Shown here: positions 55,643-64,000 of the stretch, piece after piece
Layout of the letters: each line of letters begins with the position of its first letter
Position numbering within the stretch: the first letter of the stretch is position 1
Source of the DNA: Candidatus Methanosuratincola verstraetei
GTDB lineage: Archaea > Thermoproteota > Methanomethylicia > Methanomethylicales > Methanomethylicaceae
Length of the DNA: 64,000 nucleotides
NCBI GenBank assembly: GCA_049570475.1
Contig: CP186953.1
Coordinates: 1,457,744-1,521,743, forward strand
Direction: 5' to 3'
Notes under the pieces: generated by a model
What the model saw: only the letters and a program-made list of their open reading frames with translations
The model's database searches: none
Told to the model about the DNA's origin: nothing
Made by a program: the position numbers and the translations under genes

Positions 55643-58637
55643 GCTGCTTTACGCACTCCATGATCTTTTCGGAGAGCGAATCCAACTGATCGTATGCTAA
55701 CCCGTGCTTACTTTTCATAGACCAGAGAAACTTTCGGACCGACTTCTCCACCTCCTTCCTAGCACTGGGCTTAGCCTGCCATCCAGGGAATAATGTGCCC
55801 TTCAGGCTCGAAGAGAACTCCCTCACCTCCCCCTCGATTCCACCCGATCTCCCTAGCCCCTCTTCGAGAACCAGAAGCACCGAATACTCCATATCGTTGA
55901 AACCCAATTCCGCCTTCCTTTTTTCAAGACCCTGCAGTTCCTCGAGCACTTCCTTCCCTTGGGAGTAAATCTGAAGGTAATCCTTGTTCTTCTCCTTCCA
56001 CATCCTCACTATCCTGTCGACCTTGTCCGAGATCGAGCCCGGAAGGAAGCCTTTTCTCTTGTCCGTCAGAATGTATTTGTGAAGCGCAAAGACGATGTTC
56101 GCAGCCTTCTCCTCCTTGCTTTTTGCTTCCTCTTCAATCTTCTTAAGGAAATCCGGTCCGAACTCAATAACTGGCATCTTTTCGGGATCGCCTATTTCCA
56201 TAGTTTCGTAAACGTACTCGATTGTCTTCTTGAAGTATTTCTTGAATCCGATCTCCCTTGGTCGGAGATCACTCCTGACGCTCGAAATGTAGAACCCATA
56301 TATGGCAGTCAGCCACTTGTAATCGGAAAGGAGCCTCAGCTTGCTCTCGTCAGTGCCAATCACCTCGAAGAGCTTCCTGATCTTCCTGTAATTTTCGACG
56401 AATTGCTTGGTCTTCTCCTCGCTCTCCGTAATTATCTCGAGGCACTTTGTCATGGTCTCTTTCGAAAGCTCTCCCTTGGGAACCCCCTCGAATATGCCTA
56501 TGGTCTTGCTCATCATTTCCTCGAATTCCCTTTTTAGTTCCGTGAAATTCGATATTGCGCCGCGTATCTCCTCGCTGCTGTATATCTCAAAGGCCTTCTT
56601 TACATCATTGAAGATGCCGACATAATCCACAACTACCCCCGCTTCCTTGAGATCCTGGTAAGGTCTGTTCGTCCTTGCTATCGCCTGGAGCAACCTGTGC
56701 TCTTTCAAAGGCTTGTCGAGATACATCGTCTGGAGTATGGGCGCATCGAATCCCGTGAGCAGCATGTCGGTGACTATCAGTATCTTGGGATTCTCCTCCT
56801 CCTTGAACTTCCCGACTATCTCGTCCTTGATCTCTTCCATCTCCTTTCCGGGGAACCTCTTCATGAGTTCCTCCTGGTATTGCCTGATCACCTCGGGATC
56901 GCTCCTATTGTAGGTCATCACGACCTCGGACCATTCCTTTGGAAGTAGACTTTCTAGTGCCCTCTTGTACTCGACGCATGCTTCCCTGTTCACAGCAACG
57001 ACCATCGCCTTGTATTTCCCCTCCACTTCTGACCTGAAGTGCTGTGCGATGTCCCTGGCAATCTTCTCTATCCTGGTAGGGTTCTTGAGAAAAACCGTAA
57101 TCGCATTGATCTTCTCCCTTGCCTTCTCATCGAATATTTCCCTGAGATCCTCGTCCATGTAGTCAAAAACTTGGCCCAAGTATTGATCAAGCAATTCTTT
57201 ATTCAGCTGGACTTCCTTCTCGAGCCTTGGCTGGTAGGCTATCTTGACCGTGTAACCGTCGTTGATCGCATCGACTATGAAGTATTTATCCAGATACTTC
57301 TCTTCCCCAGGATAGCTGAATTCGATGTAGGTGTCCCTCCCGACCTTGGAGATAGGGGTCCCAGTGAATGCGAAATACGAAGCCTTCTTCAGTATAGCCC
57401 TCATCTGCCCTGCAAGGGTCCCGTACTGAGTCCTGTGAGCCTCGTCCACCAAAACGACTACATTCTTCCTTCCCGAGATCGTAAGATCCTGCGCTGATGC
57501 GAATTCCTGCTGCAGCTGAGAAAGCTCCTCTGGCCTGAACTTGTGCACGAGCGTGAGGAATATCCCCCTTTTGCCTCTCCCACCGTCGTGCTTCAGGATC
57601 TTCTTTAGAGACTCTATCGAGTCCACAACTTCCGGCTTTGTGATGTCGAGCGCATTGAACTCTGCATAGTGCTGTTTCTCCAGCTCCTCCCTGTCCACGA
57701 TTACGAAGATCGTCGGGTTCTCCATCTCCCTTGACCTGTACAACTTATTCGCAGCAAAGATCATCGTGAGCGTCTTGCCGGATCCCTGCCAGTGCCATAT
57801 CAGGCCCTTGTTCTTCTCAGACCTCCCCAAGACATAATCGATAACCCGGTTGCAAAGCTTCTCCGAAGCCCTGAACTGCACGTATCTCGCGATTACCTTG
57901 GTGGACCTCCCCATCTCCACCCTGTAGAACAGGTAATTCCTCACCAATTCGAGCAGGGTCTTGGGGCTGAGCATCTCTAGGAGATCCTTCAAAGGATCCT
58001 TCGTGGTCCCCTTCCATTCGTAGCACCAGACGTCCTCCTGCCAAGGAACTATGGGGAAGTACTTCGCTTCAAAGTGCACAGCCACCCCGATCTGGACGTA
58101 CTTGTAAAGCTCAGGAACTGTCTTCTCGTAATCCTTGATCTGCCTGTACGCGGTGTACCAGTCCTCTGTCGGGTTGGCAGGGTTCTTGCATTCTATGTTC
58201 ACCAGCGGAATCCCGTTGACGTAGAGGACGATATCGTTCCTGATCTTCTTCTCTCCGGCCTCGTGGTAAACCTGCCTGCTAATTATGAACTCGTTGTTTG
58301 AAAGGACCTTGTAGTCGAAGAGTTCGGCATTATATGGCACCCTGTCTTTCTTGGACTTGACAAGGACACCATCCTTGAGGCACTGAAGTATCTTCTTGGA
58401 ACCTTCTGCCCCAGAGGGAACGAACCTAAGCTCGTTCAGTGCTTCCTTTACCTCCTCGTCTGTGATCCCCTTTTCCTTATTTATCCGTTGTATGGCCCTT
58501 GACAGGTTTGGCAAAAGCAGGGGATCATGGAAATTGTCCCTCTCAAGATCTTCCGACTTAACCAGCTTCCAACCCAAAGCAACAAGGTTGTCTACCAGGG
58601 GATTCTCAACCAGGTTCATCTCAGGGGATTGAGACAT
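55635..58637 (-). CDS. hsdR: Type I restriction endonuclease subunit R
   Basis: NDIVLYVNGIPLV.IECK, WHWQGSGKT, DEAHR, FTGTP, MLLTGFDAP, QAIARTNR. Confidence 0.96.
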   Translation of the reverse strand: MSQSPEMNLVENPLVDNLVALGWKLVKSEDLERDNFHDPLLLPNLSRAIQRINKEKGITDEEVKEALNELRFVPSGAEGSKKILQCLKDGVLVKSKKDRVPYNAELFDYKVLSNNEFIISRQVYHEAGEKKIRNDIVLYVNGIPLVNIECKNPANPTEDWYTAYRQIKDYEKTVPELYKYVQIGVAVHFEAKYFPIVPWQEDVWCYEWKGTTKDPLKDLLEMLSPKTLLELVRNYLFYRVEMGRSTKVIARYVQFRASEKLCNRVIDYVLGRSEKNKGLIWHWQGSGKTLTMIFAANKLYRSREMENPTIFVIVDREELEKQHYAEFNALDITKPEVVDSIESLKKILKHDGGRGKRGIFLTLVHKFRPEELSQLQQEFASAQDLTISGRKNVVVLVDEAHRTQYGTLAGQMRAILKKASYFAFTGTPISKVGRDTYIEFSYPGEEKYLDKYFIVDAINDGYTVKIAYQPRLEKEVQLNKELLDQYLGQVFDYMDEDLREIFDEKAREKINAITVFLKNPTRIEKIARDIAQHFRSEVEGKYKAMVVAVNREACVEYKRALESLLPKEWSEVVMTYNRSDPEVIRQYQEELMKRFPGKEMEEIKDEIVGKFKEEENPKILIVTDMLLTGFDAPILQTMYLDKPLKEHRLLQAIARTNRPYQDLKEAGVVVDYVGIFNDVKKAFEIYSSEEIRGAISNFTELKREFEEMMSKTIGIFEGVPKGELSKETMTKCLEIITESEEKTKQFVENYRKIRKLFEVIGTDESKLRLLSDYKWLTAIYGFYISSVRSDLRPREIGFKKYFKKTIEYVYETMEIGDPEKMPVIEFGPDFLKKIEEEAKSKEEKAANIVFALHKYILTDKRKGFLPGSISDKVDRIVRMWKEKNKDYLQIYSQGKEVLEELQGLEKRKAELGFNDMEYSVLLVLEEGLGRSGGIEGEVREFSSSLKGTLFPGWQAKPSARKEVEKSVRKFLWSMKSKHGLAYDQLDSLSEKIMECVKQHG

Positions 58638-58810
58638 TAGATCTCCTCCTCTCGCTGGAGTATAATCATCTTACAAAATGCAGAACAAATTGGATTGTCT
58701 ACTAAAAGACCGTAAAGGAAGGGCTGTTTATCTACAAAGAAGGTGAAGAACCACTCACAAAAAAGATCATCTGCAGATGATGCCTGATGAGACGAATGCC
58801 TTTTCAACAA

Positions 58811-60103
58811 TCAGACCGCCTTGATCCTGATTTTTCCTGTTAACAACAAATCCATCAAACCCCGCTTGATGTGCTCCAACCTCACTTTTTCACTCCTTTC
58901 AATGTCAAGTTTTTTGTCAATGGTTAAGAGCAGCTCAGCGATTTTTTTCTGTTCTGTAAAAGATGGAGAAGGCATGTTAAAATTCTGCAGTCTTTCCTTT
59001 GATAGTTCTTTGAAGGTGCTTCCGCTACTAAGATTTTCCAGCATCTGCTTTTTGTTTAACAAGTAATAACAATAAAACTCTGATAGGATTCCATTATGCT
59101 TTTTAGGAATTAGTCCCTTGCATCCTTGATTAAAAGCTGCAGGTTCTTCAAGCACAGCCACGTATCCGACTGGTGCTCGAGTGGAGATTATAATCGAACC
59201 TTTCGGCATGAGTGTTAAATTAGTTTCTTGCAATGCTCTTTCCGTGATTTTTCTCTCGCTGTTTTTTATGTGAATTTTCCCATTCAGTTTGCTTAAATCT
59301 GTTGGAGTTAGCCAGTTTACTGTTCCCTCATTCCAATATTCACTCTGTCTTGTCGAAGGAGTAGTGCCAGTTAAAACATCAAATAAATCTGACACCTTGT
59401 TAACATCCCATTCTTTGGGTATGGTTCCTATTGGTGTTTGTTTGTATTCCTTATGCCCTATTCCCCGTGTTAGAAGCGTCTGCATCAAACCCTTCTTCAA
59501 ACGCTCAGTCTTCGCAATAACCTCACCAGTCTTAGCAATAACAGAATCAACAACACCCAAAACCCCAACAATAGCCCTCTGCTCATCAATAGATAAGTAA
59601 GGAACAACAAATTTTTCAAGTCTGTCTTTGGACAATTCCTTAAATGTACTACCACCGCTTAGATTCTGCAACATTTGCTTTTTCCTTAAAAGATAGTAGC
59701 AATAAAACTCTGGCGAAATCTCTGAGTGGGGTTTTGGTATAAGTCCCTTACAACCCTGATTAAACGTAGCAGATTCTTCAAGCACCGCCACATATCCTAC
59801 AGGAGCTCGAGTTGAAACTATTATAGAACCGCGTGGCATGAGTGCCAAATTAGTTTCTTTCAGCGCCTTCTCGGTTATTTTCCTTTCACCGCTCTTTATT
59901 CTAATATCGCCATCCAACTTACTCAAATCGGTCGGCGTAATCCAGTTTATCGTCCCCTTATCCCAATAATCCGCTCGTTTTGTAGATGGCGTAGTGCCAG
60001 TTTCGACTACAAACAAATCTTCGATTTTCCTTATCTCCCAATCTTGTGGAATTTCGCCTATGGGTGTTGGCTGAAAAATCTCTTCCCTATAAAAGCTCAC
60101 CAT
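58811..60103 (-). CDS. hsdS: Type I R-M specificity subunit with two near-duplicate TRDs
   Basis: IGEIPQDW / IGTIPKEW repeats, EQ..I, LKKGLMQ.LLT and GLMDLLLTG conserved regions. Confidence 0.95.
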   Translation of the reverse strand: MVSFYREEIFQPTPIGEIPQDWEIRKIEDLFVVETGTTPSTKRADYWDKGTINWITPTDLSKLDGDIRIKSGERKITEKALKETNLALMPRGSIIVSTRAPVGYVAVLEESATFNQGCKGLIPKPHSEISPEFYCYYLLRKKQMLQNLSGGSTFKELSKDRLEKFVVPYLSIDEQRAIVGVLGVVDSVIAKTGEVIAKTERLKKGLMQTLLTRGIGHKEYKQTPIGTIPKEWDVNKVSDLFDVLTGTTPSTRQSEYWNEGTVNWLTPTDLSKLNGKIHIKNSERKITERALQETNLTLMPKGSIIISTRAPVGYVAVLEEPAAFNQGCKGLIPKKHNGILSEFYCYYLLNKKQMLENLSSGSTFKELSKERLQNFNMPSPSFTEQKKIAELLLTIDKKLDIERSEKVRLEHIKRGLMDLLLTGKIRIKAV

Positions 60104-60426
60104 AATTCTCCTCCCTCATAGGCTTTCATTATGACCATGAGAAGACCAATAATCATAGCAATTATAATCATAACCAGCGAAAAATCAAGAAGAATCGGTC
60201 CCATTATTAATGCAGTAATAAATGAAGAAACAAGCATTGCAACAAGTAGACCGATATCAAAAACTGCTCCGATAATAACCGCAATTACAAAGAAAAGCAA
60301 GGCTCCACCAACATATGCATAAAGTTCCCAGCCAGTAAAATTGAAAAATTTGTATGAAATGGCAAGAGAGATAAGCGAAACAGCAAAAGCAGCTATTTTT
60401 GCAAGCGCTGACTCTTCATTACCCAC
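60097..60426 (-). CDS. Small four-TM membrane protein between hsdM and hsdS
   Basis: Almost wholly hydrophobic; GTG 60426 after GGTGA overlaps the hsdM end, and its stop overlaps the hsdS start. Confidence 0.65.
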   Translation of the reverse strand: MGNEESALAKIAAFAVSLISLAISYKFFNFTGWELYAYVGGALLFFVIAVIIGAVFDIGLLVAMLVSSFITALIMGPILLDFSLVMIIIAMIIGLLMVIMKAYEGGELW

Positions 60427-62206
60427 TCTTTTCACCCACAGCAAACGCAATTTCCCTTAAGTGTTGTTCGAGTTTCTCTGCAATTACCTGTTTTTCTCTT
60501 TCGAGTTCTTTTAGTTCTTTGTATTCTTTTGTTATGTCTATTTGTTCGCCTTCATCATCCGCCATAACATACAAAGTCACATTCAAATTATAATCATTCT
60601 GCCGTATCTCGTCCAAGCCAACAACCCTTGAAAAACCCGGTTCTTCGCCAAAACTCCTATACGCATTAACAATCTTCTCAATATTCCCCTTCCCGAGAAT
60701 GTTCAGCTTCCGCACTTCAGGATGCTGCTCGAACTCCTTTGAAGCGTTTATGAAGACGATCTTATCCTTTCTCTCCTCAGGCTTCTGCTTCCTGAAGACG
60801 ATAATTGCGCCTGGCGCCCCTGTGTTGTAGAAGAGCTTCTCCGGGAGGAGTATCACGCACTCGACGAGGTCGCTCTCCAATGCCTTAAGCCTTATTGATC
60901 TCTCCTTGCCCCCCCTGAAGAGGGCTCCGTTGTCTATCACCACCCCGACCCTCCCGTCGCCCTCGTTCGCTGACGCGAGCATGTGCTGGATCCATGCCCA
61001 GTCCGCGGACTGTCTCGGGGGGAACCCGTACCCGAACCTCTGCCTCCAGAACTCTCCCTTCTTTAGCACCTCTTCGTCGTACCCGTCCTGGTTCCATGGG
61101 GGATTGGCTATCACAACATTGAATTTCTTGAGACCATCGCCTTCCTTGAACTTCGGGTACAGAAGTGTATCCCCTAGCATGAGGTTGCTGTCGAGTATGT
61201 CGTGGATGTACATGTTCATCTTCGCAAGGGCTAGAGTCTTTTGGTTCGCCTCCTGACCGTAAAGGAACAGCCGTTTAGCCTCCTCTTCGCCGTACTTCTC
61301 GGAGACGTGGTTGTGGGCTGCGATCAGCATGCCGGCAGAACCGCAGGCTGGATCGTAAACGCTCTCGCCCGGCTTGGGATCGAGCATCTTCACGAGCAGT
61401 GCTATTACTTCCCTGGGAGTGTAGATCTCCCCTTCCTTGGCCTTGGTCGGTGCAAAGTACCTGAGTATCCACTCGTATGCATCCCCAAGTATGTCTGGAG
61501 AGACCTCGTGGAGCCTCTTCTCGCTGAATAGTTCGACTAGCTGCCTGAGTATTTCGGAGTTCTCCCTGCTCAGTGCAAACTGGTAGAATTCAACGCTGTC
61601 GACCACATCCTTCAGATCCGGATTCCTCTCGCCCATCTCCTTGAGTGCCCTGGAGAAGTTCTCACTCAGTTTGACGACATCCTTCCTCAGGTTATCCCAG
61701 AGGTACTCTTCAGGGAGGTCGAACTCGTGATAAACTCCTTTCTTAGCTTCTCTTTTAGCCTCCTCCTCGGTCAGTCCAGCTTCGAGGGCCTCTTTGTACG
61801 CCCTCTCATACTCCACGGTCCACTTGTCGCTGATCCTCTTCATGAAGAGCAGAATCAAGATGAATTTGTAGTCTACCCTTGTCCTGATTAGATCCGCGGC
61901 CTTCTTCAAGAGCGACTCGACTTCTCCCCTGCTCAACTTCTCTGATTTGATCGTAAGAAACTCTTTCGAAAGTCTCTCTTCTGGAACCATTCTGTAAATC
62001 TTCTTCCTTGCATCGTTTGGGTCTGATTCCACTCGCAAAAGTCCGGCCTTTCTCAGCTCGGAGAGGAATACTGGAACTTCTTTCTGCTGGTCCTTGTTCT
62101 TTTCCTCAAGAAGTTTGCTTGCCTCCTCGAACCTGAAGGGGTTTTCCCCAAAATTATTGATGAGAAGTTCGTAACGTCTCTTCAACCAATCTTGAATCAA
62201 GACCAA
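60419..62206 (-). CDS. hsdM: Type I R-M methyltransferase subunit with N-terminal winged-helix extension
   Basis: GEIYTPREV, YDPACGSAG, YGQE, NPPW, LFYNTG; N-terminal FLSELRKAGLL...DARKKIY. Confidence 0.95.
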   Translation of the reverse strand: MVLIQDWLKRRYELLINNFGENPFRFEEASKLLEEKNKDQQKEVPVFLSELRKAGLLRVESDPNDARKKIYRMVPEERLSKEFLTIKSEKLSRGEVESLLKKAADLIRTRVDYKFILILLFMKRISDKWTVEYERAYKEALEAGLTEEEAKREAKKGVYHEFDLPEEYLWDNLRKDVVKLSENFSRALKEMGERNPDLKDVVDSVEFYQFALSRENSEILRQLVELFSEKRLHEVSPDILGDAYEWILRYFAPTKAKEGEIYTPREVIALLVKMLDPKPGESVYDPACGSAGMLIAAHNHVSEKYGEEEAKRLFLYGQEANQKTLALAKMNMYIHDILDSNLMLGDTLLYPKFKEGDGLKKFNVVIANPPWNQDGYDEEVLKKGEFWRQRFGYGFPPRQSADWAWIQHMLASANEGDGRVGVVIDNGALFRGGKERSIRLKALESDLVECVILLPEKLFYNTGAPGAIIVFRKQKPEERKDKIVFINASKEFEQHPEVRKLNILGKGNIEKIVNAYRSFGEEPGFSRVVGLDEIRQNDYNLNVTLYVMADDEGEQIDITKEYKELKELEREKQVIAEKLEQHLREIAFAVGEKSG

Positions 62207-62370
62207 ACTATTTCACGCTCTACACCAGCCATATTATTACCTAAGCATATTTAAAGTTAACTTATCTATTAAGTCAAACTAATGTTTTTTGGAAGGATGG
62301 GTCGGTGCGCAAATGCTTTGCGATTGTTATAAAAATGAAATGAAATGAAATAAAAAAACTAGGAGGCGTG

Positions 62371-62730
62371 CTAAGGTCTTTGCCCTCCGCACACCCTCCC
62401 CGCGACCACCATCCCGGGGTAAGTTAGCCTCAAGGGCAGCCCCTTCTCTGCCGCGCTCCCCGCCTCGATCAGGCAGGCATCCCTCAGGCTCTTCAGGCTC
62501 CACTTCACAGTCGACTCAGGCAGCCCCAGATCCTTCGAGAGCGTCCTCACGTACCAGGAGTATGTCTTCGGGTCGCCGTGGTCCTCCCTCAAGAGTATGT
62601 ACTTGAGGATCTGCTGCTGCACGTCGGTCATGACTTTCTCCGCAAGCCTCACGAGGGACTCTTCAAGAATTTCAGAGGGGCGTATGGTGGATCTTACGCT
62701 TACGCGGGCCTCAACAGAAAAGGCGTACAC
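62371..62730 (-). CDS. Winged-helix DNA-binding protein
   Basis: LSKDLGLPESTVKWSLKSLRDACLI...LRLTYPG. Confidence 0.7.
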   Translation of the reverse strand: MYAFSVEARVSVRSTIRPSEILEESLVRLAEKVMTDVQQQILKYILLREDHGDPKTYSWYVRTLSKDLGLPESTVKWSLKSLRDACLIEAGSAAEKGLPLRLTYPGMVVAGRVCGGQRP

Positions 62731-62912
62731 CTTTGCTCATTTCGCTTTTCGCCCTCCAACACAGACTGGATATTATTCCATTCGAGCGTATTTAAGGATG
62801 ACGCATCCCGGGGCTTTCTTCTTTTATTTCCCCTCTCTCCGCATCCAGGATCCGCTCAAGTTTATAAAGGGATCCTCCGTCTAAACTGACTTCATCCTTT
62901 GGGGGCGCGCCT

Positions 62913-64000
62913 ATGGTGAACGGGTTCTCCGTCGGCTCAAACAGGGACTTCCGCCTTATGATGATATCGGCGGCCGTCTTCGCGATGACTGACGGGCTCA
63001 CCTACACGATACTCCAGCTCTACCTAAAGTCGGTCGGGTTCACCGGCACGAACGTCGGGAGGTTCGTCCTAATCCAGGGGATCTCGGCAGCCCTCTTGCT
63101 CCTGCCCCTCGGGATGATATCGGACAGGGTGGACCGGAGGAAGCTGGTCGCCCTCGGCACAGCCTCCAGCTCGACCGCGGTCCTGATTGTCGTTGCCGCC
63201 CGGGATGAGCCGATGATCATGCTCGCAGCCTCGCTCTTCGGCCTCGGGAGCGCGATGTACTCGCCCTCGCTCAGCGCCCTCATCTCCGAGAAGGTCGGGG
63301 ACGGCGACCTCGAGGCAGCCTACACCTTCCAGTCCGTCCTCGTCCAGGCGGTCTACGGCTTCAGCGCGATGATCGGCTGGATCCCGGAGCTCCTCGCCGG
63401 GTCCGGGTATGCGCTGCCCGACGCTTACAGGATAAGCATAATCTGGCTCGTCCCGCTCGGATTCGCCGCCGCCCTGCCTGCGCTCAAGGTCGGGAAGTCG
63501 GGGGATCGCCCCAGGAGGGGCTTCAGGATAAGCAGGAACCCGGTGATCATAAAGGTGACGTTCACGCAGGTCCTCATCGGGTTCGGGGCAGGGCTGTCCA
63601 TCCCGATGCTCTCGTACTACCTTAGCACAAAGTTCGGGGTCGAGTCCGGCCCCATAGGTACAATCAATTCGATCGTGAGCTTCCTCGCCATACCCTTCTT
63701 CTTCCTTGCCCCCTCGCTGGCGCACCGGTTCGGCTCCCTCAGGGCGATCGTTGTGCCGCAGGTCCTCTCGATACCGCTCATGGCGCTCCTCCCCCTAAGC
63801 CCGAGCTTCGGCGTGGCTGCCCTCCTGTTCATCTCGCGGCAGATACTGATGAACATGTCCTCGCCGCTGCTCACCGCGTTCATAATGAGGCACGCCAGCC
63901 CGAGCGAGAGGGCGACGACTTCAGCTATGACCGCGATCGCATGGAGGATCCCCAACTCCATAGCAGCGCAGATCGGCGGGTCCGTCTTCGACTTCAGCCT
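62913..64000 (+). CDS. MFS transporter (3' truncated by window edge; absent from the ORF track)
   Basis: Frame from ATG 62913: MVNGFSVG...LQLYLKSVG...GMISDRVDRRK (motif A), hydrophobic to the window end. Confidence 0.88.
   Translation, partial: MVNGFSVGSNRDFRLMMISAAVFAMTDGLTYTILQLYLKSVGFTGTNVGRFVLIQGISAALLLLPLGMISDRVDRRKLVALGTASSSTAVLIVVAARDEPMIMLAASLFGLGSAMYSPSLSALISEKVGDGDLEAAYTFQSVLVQAVYGFSAMIGWIPELLAGSGYALPDAYRISIIWLVPLGFAAALPALKVGKSGDRPRRGFRISRNPVIIKVTFTQVLIGFGAGLSIPMLSYYLSTKFGVESGPIGTINSIVSFLAIPFFFLAPSLAHRFGSLRAIVVPQVLSIPLMALLPLSPSFGVAALLFISRQILMNMSSPLLTAFIMRHASPSERATTSAMTAIAWRIPNSIAAQIGGSVFDFS

Larger units (their letters stand above)
51820..62360. other. AT-rich accessory / defence island
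   Basis: Visible shift to AT-rich DNA in several blocks; contains type I R-M, a CHAT protein, orphans and gene remnants. No integrase or att site seen; boundaries approximate. Confidence 0.6.

Noticed and set aside
1-64000. CRISPR array or cas genes to explain the CARF proteins
   Set aside because: No regularly spaced repeats and no Cas1, Cas10 or RAMP motifs were seen in the window.
1-64000. tRNA/rRNA genes, integrase or IS elements
   Set aside because: No cloverleaf/T-loop signature, rRNA-like stretch, recombinase or transposase ORF recognised by eye; tRNAscan-SE and Infernal would be needed to exclude them.

Overview
Archaeal chromosomal segment, mostly GC-rich. The archaeal call rests on TATA-like promoters, PIP-box proteins, class III signal-peptide pilins, CobY/archaeal CobT/CbiZ, NreA and ApgM; a TACK-type anaerobe such as Methanomethylicia is plausible but cannot be shown from this window. 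In order, the window holds: a PolB2-like DNA polymerase; an SSS transporter, alpha/beta hydrolase and PaaK-like ligase cluster; an FMN reductase and Acr3; a ~11 kb cobamide uptake/salvage operon (btuFCD, two unexplained PP-loop amide ligases, cobD with a Cys-rich tail, cbiB, a cbiZ-cobZ fusion, cobS, cobY, cobT, an unknown Rossmann protein) with a shared 15-bp candidate operator; msrB; a frameshifted ClC-CBS gene; a CRISPR-less double-CARF module (CARF-wHTH, Zn-finger, stand-alone CARF, PIN, HAD) divergent from an HhH glycosylase-like gene; acdA, Lrp, copA and YHS; nreA plus a radical SAM gene; a type IV pilus operon; a group 3b-type [NiFe] sulfhydrogenase operon; and an AT-rich defence-like island (CHAT/caspase-like protein, atypical SplB-like radical SAM, type I R-M with a near-symmetric HsdS and an embedded membrane gene). 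No rRNA, tRNA, CRISPR array, integrase or transposase was recognised. All calls come from motif recognition by eye; no searches were run. The best candidate for an undescribed system is the CARF/PIN/HAD module at 24.1-28.3 kb.
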